Positions 29,160-38,202 of a DNA stretch of 64,000 bases are shown here, piece by piece. Under the pieces are notes generated by a model. That model did not search any database. It was given only the letters and a program-made list of their open reading frames with translations, and was not told where the DNA came from. Origin of the DNA: Candidatus Obscuribacteraceae bacterium (GTDB taxonomy: Bacteria > Cyanobacteriota > Vampirovibrionia > Obscuribacterales > Obscuribacteraceae); contig JBGAHS010000002.1 in assembly GCA_044226015.1 (NCBI GenBank), forward strand, positions 352,001-416,000, given 5' to 3'. The translations under genes were made by a program, and so were the position numbers. Every line of letters begins with the position of its first letter. The stretch's first letter is position 1.

Positions 29160-29340
29160 TGAATCGATTCAATGCCTGGTCCGCTACGGTCCTTGCACCC
29201 TAAACCATTGCGGCACAGGAGTTCTGAATCGATTCAGTGCCTGGTCAGCTATGGTCCTTGCATCCTAAACCAGTGGCGGCACAGTTGTAACAGGTAGTTG
29301 GTATCAACGAGTTCAGAATCGAATCTATACCGGTCAGATG
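29160..29340 (+). repeat. ~65-bp direct repeat (2 copies plus a degenerate third)
   Basis: tgaatcgattca.tgcctggtc.gcta.ggtccttgca.cctaaacca.tg.ggcacag at 29160 and 29225, with a remnant near 29310-29340. Confidence 0.85.
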
Positions 29341-29428
29341 CGGGGCAAACACCATATCCAGATACGGCACCTGTGCACAGTCCTTGTTATTTGCTAAAGT
29401 AGCTTTGCAGTTATAAGAAAGCAATTCC

Positions 29429-29911
29429 ATGAAACCAGCAACAACAACATACGCTTCCTTCAAATCATCAGCCTTCAATACCACCGAAGATAAAGACTCT
29501 TTTGTCAACCCAGGCTGTTTTGGCGATGATGTCTGCGCGTTCCTAATGAAAGGACTCGAAAGCTCCCCACTGGACTGCTGCAAGGAACCAATCGCAGAAG
29601 ACTGGGGCTGGGAGTTCACCTTCAAGTGCAACGAGAAGCCATACTTTGTGGGTTGCGCATTCAATACCGACTACGAATGCTGGCTGATCTTTATTGAACC
29701 AATGAAGGGATTCAAAGACATGATGAAGTCCCTTTTTGGAAAAGACGACAAAACAGTTCCTCTAGAAACAGCTAACGAGATCCACAAAGTACTTTCTGCA
29801 TCCGACAAGATTAGCGATTTAAAGTGGCATGGCAGCAAAGATTGGGCTGACGCTCTGGAAAATCAGTCAAAAGGTTTGACTGATAACATCGGCTCTAATG
29901 AACCATTTTAG
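29429..29911 (+). CDS. Hypothetical protein
   Basis: 160 aa with NPGCFG and EDWGW motifs and globular composition. Confidence 0.7.
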   Translation: MKPATTTYASFKSSAFNTTEDKDSFVNPGCFGDDVCAFLMKGLESSPLDCCKEPIAEDWGWEFTFKCNEKPYFVGCAFNTDYECWLIFIEPMKGFKDMMKSLFGKDDKTVPLETANEIHKVLSASDKISDLKWHGSKDWADALENQSKGLTDNIGSNEPF

Positions 29912-29938
29912 AACGCACCATGTAATTCACCAAAGGAG

Positions 29939-31591
29939 TTGCCATTGCGCTGGCCAAGTCCACAAGATTTCCGAGAGTCCATTCAGTCTCCCCTGATTAA
30001 TTTGTCTGACCCGGAACTTCGCGAGAGCGAATTAGCTCTAGATGCATTGCAGCTGCCCATTGTGACATGCGGGCAGTTTGCTGCAGTTTTTAAGATTACT
30101 GGCACGAGGAAAACCTGGGCGGTCAGGTGTTTTCTTCACAACTTTCCAGACCGGCACGAGAGATACAAGCGAATATCTGAGTTCATCTTAAAAGATGATT
30201 TGGAATACACCGTGGACTTCGAATTGATTGATAAAGGAATTCAAGTCGGCGACGAATGGTATCCGCTATTGAAGATGGAGTATGTTACGGGGATTCCCTT
30301 GGGAAGATACGTTCGAGAGAATCTAAAATCTACGGAAAAACTCTCTACTTTGCTACAGCAATTCGAAGAAATGATGTTCGCTCTAAAGAATGATGGTATC
30401 GCGCACGGTGACCTACAGCACGACAATATTTTGATAAATGAGCAGGGGCGTTTGCGCCTAATCGATTATGACGGCATGTTTGTTCCGTCCCTGAAAGGCT
30501 GGAGAAGCAACGAACTTGGACACAGGAATTTCCAACATCCCGGAAGAACAGAAACTTGCTTTGGTCCATCTCTAGATAATTTCGCAGCGCATTTAATACG
30601 AGACAGTTTGAAGTGTTTAATTGAGGATGAAAACTCGCACAAACTCTTCTTGAAACGCGACGAAGCATTTTTTCTATCGCGAGAAGACTACCTTAATGAA
30701 GACAGCGACAATTTTGGCGACATGGAAACCGCAGGAGGTAGTTGTCTCGAATTTTCCAGAAGAATCAGGACACTCTTGCGTAAACCGATCGAGGAGATTC
30801 CTTTTATCGACGAAAGTTTCGTGAACGACCTGGAGATGGTACCAGCCCTCGCCACTAAATCCAGGGAATCAAACTCTTCGAAAATCCAGCTAAATCAAGG
30901 TTCAAGACTGAACAAATTAAGCGATGCCGAACTAATGAACCTGGATAAAACAGACCGCTACATGGAGGGCTGTGCACTACGACCTTTGTGCAAAGTAGAG
31001 GCTGGGATGGATCTTGGGGCTTACGCAGGCACTGCATTGAAATCAGTTCCGGGCAAACAGCTAATTTGGATGAGTGAGCCTAGAGAAACAACAGAGTGGC
31101 GTGAATTTGAGCCAAGAAGCCGGGGCTTGCAAGTATTGGGTATAGTGGTTTGTCTTGTGCTTTCCATATTGAGCATATCCGCACTTCCCGTCGCAGCGGT
31201 GTTCATGACCTGCCTGGTATTAATTTTTTTCCGAATGAGCCTCACGGATAAAGCGATTTTTAGTTGCGTGCGCTTTGGCGTCAGCAAAGGTAATCTCTTG
31301 CTTGTTTTTCGAACCAACTGTAGGTACGTAAAAACAGAAACACCGCTTGCCACTGAGCTTGTATTACTAGAAATACCCCTGTCATACATTACGATCGCAT
31401 GGTTTTCAGAATCAGGCGCAGGGTTCTACGTTAGTACTCCTAATGAAAAACCATTTCAGAAAAACTTTGATGGAACTTTTGGACTCCAAAATTTTGACAG
31501 CGAAGAGTGCAAGAAATTTGAGGCGGCCCTAAGAGAGGCTGGGATGACTGCAACGAATCCTTATCTGGAGACATGGGATATTCCTTATTAG
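29939..31591 (+). CDS. Atypical Ser/Thr protein kinase with C-terminal membrane hairpin (paralog of 22196)
   Basis: WPSPQDF, GQFAAVF, WAVRCFL, HGDLQHDNILI, LIDYDGMFVP and ELGHRNFQHP. Two TM segments. Confidence 0.85.
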   Translation: MPLRWPSPQDFRESIQSPLINLSDPELRESELALDALQLPIVTCGQFAAVFKITGTRKTWAVRCFLHNFPDRHERYKRISEFILKDDLEYTVDFELIDKGIQVGDEWYPLLKMEYVTGIPLGRYVRENLKSTEKLSTLLQQFEEMMFALKNDGIAHGDLQHDNILINEQGRLRLIDYDGMFVPSLKGWRSNELGHRNFQHPGRTETCFGPSLDNFAAHLIRDSLKCLIEDENSHKLFLKRDEAFFLSREDYLNEDSDNFGDMETAGGSCLEFSRRIRTLLRKPIEEIPFIDESFVNDLEMVPALATKSRESNSSKIQLNQGSRLNKLSDAELMNLDKTDRYMEGCALRPLCKVEAGMDLGAYAGTALKSVPGKQLIWMSEPRETTEWREFEPRSRGLQVLGIVVCLVLSILSISALPVAAVFMTCLVLIFFRMSLTDKAIFSCVRFGVSKGNLLLVFRTNCRYVKTETPLATELVLLEIPLSYITIAWFSESGAGFYVSTPNEKPFQKNFDGTFGLQNFDSEECKKFEAALREAGMTATNPYLETWDIPY

Positions 31592-31823
31592 CTGATTTAT
31601 GAAATGATTTACCTTCATTCCGTTTCTTTTTTTCAAGAATCAAGAACAGCAAAATGGTTCCACAAAATCTTAATGCCTTCCAAGTATTATTGAGCTATCA
31701 AACAACCCAATTTCCTAACAGCAGCTCCCGAAAGGGAGCTGCCTGATTTCTGGACTAGACTATTAGCAGCCAAAATCAGCACAAGCTGGAAATCAAATAC
31801 TTCCTTCGAGGTCCGATCCGAGT

Positions 31824-32558
31824 ATGGAACAACTAAATGAGCAAGCAGCCACAAAGAATCAATTAGATGCAACGATACCACTCTACACGAATGCCTACTC
31901 TGTTTTCCTATCAAGACAAACTCAAAAAGAAAACGATGATGCTAGCGAATTTTCAAACGCTACGGCGCAAACCGAAGAACAAAGAACTTCAAAAGCAAGC
32001 TGCGAAAGTGAATTCCCTAGTCCAGGAGGATTTCGCTCTAGCCTTCAAGATCTCTCTGAAAAAACAGAACAAATCAAAAACACGAAATCGATAAACCGAC
32101 GCAATGAACAAGTAGAAGATGCGATTATTATACTCACCCATTTAGCTGATACAAAATGTAGCAGCGTTTTAAATATGGATGACCTCAAACAATTCAAAAA
32201 CACCCCGGAACTGACCCCTTCAGCCAAAGACCTAACCCAACACGTAATCGACAACTTTGATTCGCTTGCGAGTTTCAGCGATGTTGATGAAATAGAAGAT
32301 CCCCTCGCACGCGAAATCGCAGAAGGCATTTTTGCAACAGATGGAAACAGCAAAAGGGTCATCTCTGCAGTAGACGTGAATAATATGCGCTCGCTAAATC
32401 CCTTGTCATTGGCGTTCCTGGGAATCAAGCTCCGTGAGCGGAGTTATCTCAGATTGGAAAAGGAACCAGAAGAGACTCAACGGCGAACTCTAAATGAATT
32501 ATCAAGCTATCTGGAAAGAAAATTGAGAGAAAGAGAGAAACTACTCAACTGGAGATAG
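31824..32558 (+). CDS. Hypothetical protein
   Basis: 244-aa hydrophilic ORF. No family recognised. Confidence 0.6.
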   Translation: MEQLNEQAATKNQLDATIPLYTNAYSVFLSRQTQKENDDASEFSNATAQTEEQRTSKASCESEFPSPGGFRSSLQDLSEKTEQIKNTKSINRRNEQVEDAIIILTHLADTKCSSVLNMDDLKQFKNTPELTPSAKDLTQHVIDNFDSLASFSDVDEIEDPLAREIAEGIFATDGNSKRVISAVDVNNMRSLNPLSLAFLGIKLRERSYLRLEKEPEETQRRTLNELSSYLERKLREREKLLNWR

Positions 32559-32635
32559 CAGCATCCTCCAGACAAAAGAGTGTTTAAAGAGAAATCCATG
32601 GATCGTCTCAAATATTCCCTTGAAGCGACAGTCCT

Positions 32636-33214
32636 CTATTCCTGATTGACTCGAGAAAGCGCAGCCTCGATTTGCTGCTTGAGTTTCGTATCAGCGTTCT
32701 TTTGTTTTGATATTAACGTGAGTGCTTTTTCGTAAAAGAAACCCGCAACTTCTTTCTCACCCTTGCTCATCGACTGATTTCCTTTGTTGAAGTAAGTCAA
32801 TGCTTCTTTATCAATCGCAGACTCGATTGTTTTTGCAGATGAGTTACGCTTTGCTGTACGAGAAGAAGACGACGACGATGAGGAAGAAAGTGATCTTGTC
32901 CCGGAATAGACTTTAACATGACCGATCTTTGAGTGAACCTTTGCAGGATGCGTGCCCTGACTACTGAAATTTCTAAATGAGTATGTATTGATTCCCGGTT
33001 GCTGACTTGCGTCTATGTGCCGACCGCGTGGATCGTTAATCGAAGTTACGTTGTTAGGCTTTGCGGATTCAGTCCCCTCAGCAAGTGCCAGACCAAAGCA
33101 GGTAAAGGACACGCTCAAAGAGGTGACAAAGCAATACAAGCTTCGCTCAAATCGGAATGCGAATTCATCAATTAGCTTACCGCGAAACCTAAGAAGTCTG
33201 TCCATACGCCTCAA
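32636..33214 (-). CDS. Secreted protein with C-terminal TPR-like helix pair
   Basis: Signal-like segment ending ALA-E. C-terminus YFNKG...AGFFYEKAL. Start uncertain. Confidence 0.6.
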   Translation of the reverse strand: MRRMDRLLRFRGKLIDEFAFRFERSLYCFVTSLSVSFTCFGLALAEGTESAKPNNVTSINDPRGRHIDASQQPGINTYSFRNFSSQGTHPAKVHSKIGHVKVYSGTRSLSSSSSSSSSRTAKRNSSAKTIESAIDKEALTYFNKGNQSMSKGEKEVAGFFYEKALTLISKQKNADTKLKQQIEAALSRVNQE

Positions 33215-33296
33215 ACAACCAATCAGTCATCGACAGCTATTGTAATCCAGACAAGTGGGACCACAGATGAGATTGTATACAACTGGACATGGACCA

Positions 33297-34205
33297 CTAT
33301 TTTGTGGACTCGATTGCTTTCTGCAACTCCTCTCTGAATCGCGGATCGCCAGCCTTCTGTTTGTCAAAAGCCTCAAGAGCTTTCTCAAAATAAAAATTCG
33401 CCATTTGTGTGTTTCCTGAATTCCGCGCAGAGACCCCTTTCGCATAGAAGACGTGAGCAGTGCTATCCAGGTTTGGGTGTGCGTCGGGAGGTGTAAGCGA
33501 GGGCTGTACAAGAGGCACGGGGGCCCCCAAAAGAACATGAGGTTGTGATGGAGGCTGCGGCTTCTTCTTCACAAGTAAATCAGGTGCAGAACAAGAATCT
33601 TTGCTCTTCCCAGGTTTCTGAGGACTTATATGGGTTGGAGCGATAGCCCGCCCCGGAGAAAGAATCGCTGGCTCTCCTTGTGGAGTAGATTCAACCTTGC
33701 GCAAAATCATGCCACCACCAGCGGGGTTATTCCAGTATTCGTATCCTGCGGGAGCGGGCTTTTGAGGAACAGCGTTTTCACCCGAAATTCCACCAGTCGC
33801 AACTCGAGAATTGCTATCCTTACTATTCTTTTGAGCAGCAACAGCCGTTCCCTGAGCCAACGCGCCAGGAGCTGCCAACAACAGCACTGCAAAACTCGCT
33901 ACAGCACGATAGACTGCTCGGCAGGCATTCCTGATTTTGCGCAATCCAACCGGACAATCGTCTGTAATTATCGTTCCGTCGAAACGCCGCCGAAAAATCA
34001 TGCACTGCGTAGTTCCATTTTCAAGCAAAAAAGACGCCGCTTCTTTTCGGCTCATATCCGAGATATTGAATACGTTCTTAGAACAGCCGCAACATAGACG
34101 CTTGCGCTCATCACCTTGCATAGAGTCCCACGGAACAGAACAGGGCGAAGCGATCACGAGACTATCTAACAAATCACATGCTTCCTGATCAGTTTTGGCT
34201 TTCAT
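33297..34205 (-). CDS. Protein with Cys-rich N-terminal domain, internal signal/TM segment and TPR-like C-terminus
   Basis: IASPCSVPWDSMQGDERKRLCCGCSKNVFNISDM, DGTIITDDCP, hydrophobic VASFAVLLLAAPGALAQ, and FYAKG...ANFYFEKAL. Confidence 0.7.
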   Translation of the reverse strand: MKAKTDQEACDLLDSLVIASPCSVPWDSMQGDERKRLCCGCSKNVFNISDMSRKEAASFLLENGTTQCMIFRRRFDGTIITDDCPVGLRKIRNACRAVYRAVASFAVLLLAAPGALAQGTAVAAQKNSKDSNSRVATGGISGENAVPQKPAPAGYEYWNNPAGGGMILRKVESTPQGEPAILSPGRAIAPTHISPQKPGKSKDSCSAPDLLVKKKPQPPSQPHVLLGAPVPLVQPSLTPPDAHPNLDSTAHVFYAKGVSARNSGNTQMANFYFEKALEAFDKQKAGDPRFREELQKAIESTK

Positions 34206-34426
34206 GGAAATCTCCCGAGAAGTCTATTACTACAAGTATTACAAACGCAATCCAACATACTGCAGTATTTACCCTGAAAGTTCCTCGGTAAATCAAATGG
34301 ACTCAGGACGCAGTCCTGAGCACGAAGGATGCAATCATTGACACTGCGTGGCTTTGAAGGTTTTCTGACAGCGCCGACCGCCGCACGAACCTATTGAACG
34401 GATCACTTAAAGACACATTTCGACAG

Positions 34427-34465
34427 AAAAAACGACAAAGCAGGCGATTGCGCACCTGCTTTGTC
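34427..34465 (-). terminator. Intrinsic terminator after the cyclophilin pair
   Basis: gacaaagcagg-N10-cctgctttgtc hairpin with a minus-strand U tract. Confidence 0.7.
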
Positions 34466-34496
34466 AATTATTCAGCGATTCTTACTAGACGCCTTA

Positions 34497-35018
34497 TTAG
34501 ACGCGCTTGATGGTGACCGACTTGATCACTACATCATTGACCGGGCGATCGCCTGGATTCGTGCGAGTCGAACCGATCTTCTTCACGACATCCATGCCTT
34601 CGACGACTTCCCCAAACACGGAGTGCCTGTTATTGAGGTGAGGCGTGGGTCCTAACGTGATGAAGAACTGGCTGCCATTTGTGTTAGGTCCAGCGTTTGC
34701 CATCGAGAACAAGCCGGCACGGTCATGTTTCAAACTCGGATGAAACTCATCTGCGAATTTGTAACCTGGACCGCCTGTGCCAGTTCCCTGAGGGCAACCA
34801 CCTTGAATCATGAATCCGTCGATTACGCGATGGAAAATCAGCCCATCATAAAATGGACGCTTCGTCTTCTGACCGCGTTCAAGCCACTCTTTTGAGCCTT
34901 CAGCCAAACCAACAAAGTTCGCCACCGTATTTGGTGCTTCCTTATCAAAGAATTTAGCTGTGAAGTTACCTTCAGAGGTAACGAACTCAGCGTAAACTCC
35001 GGGACCTTTTGTAGTCAT
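34497..35018 (-). CDS. Cyclophilin-type peptidyl-prolyl cis-trans isomerase (cytoplasmic)
   Basis: [30 protein letters not shown] and [10 protein letters not shown]. Confidence 0.95.
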   Translation of the reverse strand: MTTKGPGVYAEFVTSEGNFTAKFFDKEAPNTVANFVGLAEGSKEWLERGQKTKRPFYDGLIFHRVIDGFMIQGGCPQGTGTGGPGYKFADEFHPSLKHDRAGLFSMANAGPNTNGSQFFITLGPTPHLNNRHSVFGEVVEGMDVVKKIGSTRTNPGDRPVNDVVIKSVTIKRV

Positions 35019-35047
35019 CTATTTTCCTCTTCCGTTTATATGTTCGA

Positions 35048-35668
35048 TTACTTTACGTGTTCGATTGTGACTGACTGCATGATTACCGGCTTGATAGGTC
35101 TATCGCCATTATCATGGTCAACTTTGGTTGAACCGATTTTATGAACGACGTCCATTCCTTCGACAACTTCACCAAAAATAGAATGCCTGTCGTTCAAGTG
35201 AGGTGTTGGTCCCAATGTAACGAAGAACTGGCTACCATTAGTGCCAGGTCCAGCATTTGCCATGGACAACATACCTTCCTTGCTGTGGCGCAGCTTAGGA
35301 TGAAACTCATCTTCAAATCTGTATCCTGGACCACCAGTACCAGTTCCCAATGGGTCTCCACCTTGAATCATGAATCCGTCAATGACACGGTGGAAAATTA
35401 ATCCATTATAGAATGGCTTCTTGACTTTTTGTCCAGTCTTCGGGTCGGTCCATTCCTTGGTACCGTCAGCCAAGCCAACAAAGTTAGCAACAGTCTTCGG
35501 TGCTTCCTTTTCAAATAATTTGGCTTTGAAGGTTCCCATGTTTGTCTTGAATACCGCATAAGTTCCAGGTGCATCAGCGGCCATAGCGGCGATGGTTCCC
35601 ACCAGAAGGTTTGCGGATGCGGCAATGCTGAGCATTCCGAATAGTGCTGTACGACGATTGAATAGCAT
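35048..35668 (-). CDS. Cyclophilin-type PPIase with export signal
   Basis: Same cyclophilin motifs. N-terminus NRRTALF, hydrophobic stretch, then AMA-A. Confidence 0.95.
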   Translation of the reverse strand: MLFNRRTALFGMLSIAASANLLVGTIAAMAADAPGTYAVFKTNMGTFKAKLFEKEAPKTVANFVGLADGTKEWTDPKTGQKVKKPFYNGLIFHRVIDGFMIQGGDPLGTGTGGPGYRFEDEFHPKLRHSKEGMLSMANAGPGTNGSQFFVTLGPTPHLNDRHSIFGEVVEGMDVVHKIGSTKVDHDNGDRPIKPVIMQSVTIEHVK

Positions 35669-36034
35669 GTATTGCTCCCAAAGTTAATCTACAGGTGTAC
35701 GTAATGAGGAAAATGCTACCACATTGGGACATATCGGGCTTGCTGAGTTAACTTTTTGACCACACACAATTTGGAGACTTAACTCAACAAGAAAATGAAA
35801 ACTGTCACCATATTCGGTATCAGTCTATTTAAATAAAATCCTGATTATAATCTCCATGTATTCCAAGCGAGCGAATCGAGCCAGTGATATTGGCGGACAT
35901 CACCGAGGATCAATCCAGTCAGCATCGGAGATCCAAAACATATCACAGCGAACATCTTGCACAACACCCGTTTGAATATACGCTCGAACAACGCCTTTGC
36001 CTAAGCAATCTTTTTATTTTCTGCATGCGGAAAT

Positions 36035-36250
36035 GAAGCACCTATCGCATATCGAACGGATCTCGTGATTGAAACGCCTATCGCATATCCAGCGGATCTC
36101 GCAGTTGAAACGCCTAACGCATATCCAGCGGATCTCGTGATTGAGACTCCTAACGCGTATCCGGCGGATCTCGCAGTTGAAACGCCTATCGCATATCCAA
36201 CGGATCTCGTGATTGAACCGCCTATTGCATATCGAACGGTTCGCGTGAAA
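36035..36250. repeat. Six tandem 36-bp repeats
   Basis: Consensus gaaacgcctatcgcatatccagcggatctcgtgatt at 36035, 36071, 36107, 36143, 36179 and 36215. No spacers. Confidence 0.95.
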
Positions 36251-36724
36251 CTATGTTTTTTCCGCTACAGACATTTGCTCAAGCGCGTCGTTCTTTTTCT
36301 TTCTCTGTATGTATAAGGACAAAAACAATGGAGCAAGCAGCGCCAAGAACCAGAAATAAGCACCAGCGGACAAAGAATCAAGAGTGCATTTATGCACCCC
36401 GCCTTCATCAAGATAGACTTCCTGAACAAGCCAGGCGAAAGTATCTAATGAAACAACCAGAGTGATTATGCTGAAACCGATGCTGGTTCGATAACTGCCA
36501 GACAACAGAGAGGCAACGGCACCTATGTTAAAGACATTGGCAAACCAGGCAAACTGCCCTAGTAGCGGTCCCATCCAACCGATAGATAGAAGCCATAGAC
36601 CGCTGAACTGCTCAGGTTTGCCGTTTTGATTTACGCAGTTCACCGCCACAGGCAAAGCACATGCAATTAGATAAGGAAGTAAACAAGCTATCAGCAAAAG
36701 AGCTCGACTCGGTTTGACTTCCAC
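36251..36724 (-). CDS. Hypothetical membrane protein (4 TM)
   Basis: 157 aa hydrophobic, with WFAN and GAYFW motifs. Confidence 0.7.
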   Translation of the reverse strand: MEVKPSRALLLIACLLPYLIACALPVAVNCVNQNGKPEQFSGLWLLSIGWMGPLLGQFAWFANVFNIGAVASLLSGSYRTSIGFSIITLVVSLDTFAWLVQEVYLDEGGVHKCTLDSLSAGAYFWFLALLAPLFLSLYIQRKKKNDALEQMSVAEKT

Positions 36725-36738
36725 AGTTCAACCCCAAC

Positions 36739-37725
36739 CTAGTGCGTTGCGCGCTTGTTCCATTCAAACCCCAGCATCCCACCTGCAGCTGCAGCAGCAA
36801 AAGTAGCAAGTGAAATTATACACGCCGATGCCAACGCTTCCCACCCAAGTTCAAAGCCTATTTTGAATTGATCTAAAATTAGAGAGACAGAAGTGACTAG
36901 TACATTGATTACATTCGCCATCACCAGTGGTGCCAGTGCAAAAACCGGAGTAGCTACAGCAGCAGTTTTGTTCTTGACCTTCGCTAAAGAGCTGGCCATG
37001 AAACTAGCGCAAAACAGACCAAATCCGAAAAGCATAAGCTCTCGCAATGTTCCAACAGAACCTGTAAACATCATAGATGCTACACCAATTGCAGAGAAGC
37101 TGAGCAAGCAAGACTTGTACAAAGGCTTGAGCAAAATTCTGCCTTTTAGCTGCTCGATAAAAAATGATGAAACCTTGAAAGACATTGCAAACGAAACTAA
37201 AGTCGAGACAAGATAGCTCGGCAAATCCCAACCACTGGAAGAGGTTCCCAACACTACGAGCTGAGAGATCATGAGTAGCCCCAATAAAGGCAAGCTATGC
37301 GCGAAAGGATGCTTTCTCACTCTATCAAAACAGGCCAAGCCCATAGCCATACACATGGGAACGATAAGAAAGTAAAGTATCACGATAGCCATAACACCTT
37401 GATTGACACCATGCTGTTGCCCAAAAAAGTGTTTTACAAAATAATAGCCCCAGTCGAAACCAAGATGAGCAACGAAGTAACCAGTGAAGCCAAGATAAAT
37501 GGAACAAAGCCAAGGCAGCATGGCAGACTTCCAAAAAAAGCCTTGCCCTCCCTTCGAATTGCTGCCTTGAGACGGCAAGCTATACCCAGCTGAGCCATCT
37601 GGCAAAGGAGTGGCATAAGAGCAGTTGGAATCTACGCTAGCCGAAATGTTCGCAGGCAATTCTGCTTCGGCTTGCCCTTCAACGACCTTGAGGTCGATTT
37701 CCTCTTTTAACGTTTGTTTGTTCAT
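36739..37725 (-). CDS. Hypothetical polytopic membrane protein
   Basis: 328 aa with about 8 hydrophobic segments. RBS ggag. Confidence 0.7.
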   Translation of the reverse strand: MNKQTLKEEIDLKVVEGQAEAELPANISASVDSNCSYATPLPDGSAGYSLPSQGSNSKGGQGFFWKSAMLPWLCSIYLGFTGYFVAHLGFDWGYYFVKHFFGQQHGVNQGVMAIVILYFLIVPMCMAMGLACFDRVRKHPFAHSLPLLGLLMISQLVVLGTSSSGWDLPSYLVSTLVSFAMSFKVSSFFIEQLKGRILLKPLYKSCLLSFSAIGVASMMFTGSVGTLRELMLFGFGLFCASFMASSLAKVKNKTAAVATPVFALAPLVMANVINVLVTSVSLILDQFKIGFELGWEALASACIISLATFAAAAAGGMLGFEWNKRATH

Positions 37726-38202
37726 AATCTCCGACCGTTTGAGAACAATTCAAGCACCAATAATAATTCTATGCTTGATGTTCCCCTGGTCCCTCGCCCC
37801 CCCGTAACAGAAGATCAACTGGCACGGTTCAAAAATTAGGCGGACCCAAACTGTGCTCATTCAATGTCCCTTCCATGCTCATTGAACAAACCATTCATTC
37901 ACTGCCAATTTATCCCAGCTGTTTCCACGAGAACTTTGCCACTTCAAAGCAAAGAAGTCACAGCATTCACCTGTCGATAAAGGCAGGATGGCTGACTCCT
38001 AAGCAGTGACAATTACAAAAATAAAATCCAGCACCGATTGTGGGCACTCAATTCAAACGCAATAGTTCTTGCTTTCAGCCACAAAAGCCAGTTTTAATGC
38101 CGCCACCACGGTAAGTGTCAAGTTGAAAGATTTGATTGATTTATTGGCTGTGCTCAACTCACAGGCGGACAATTATGTCACTTCAACAAATGATCAGAGG
38201 TC

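Noticed and set aside
31721..31742. GCAGCTCCC-GAAA-GGGAGCTGC hairpin as a terminator or riboswitch
   Set aside because: No U tract on either side and no recognisable aptamer context, so a function cannot be assigned.
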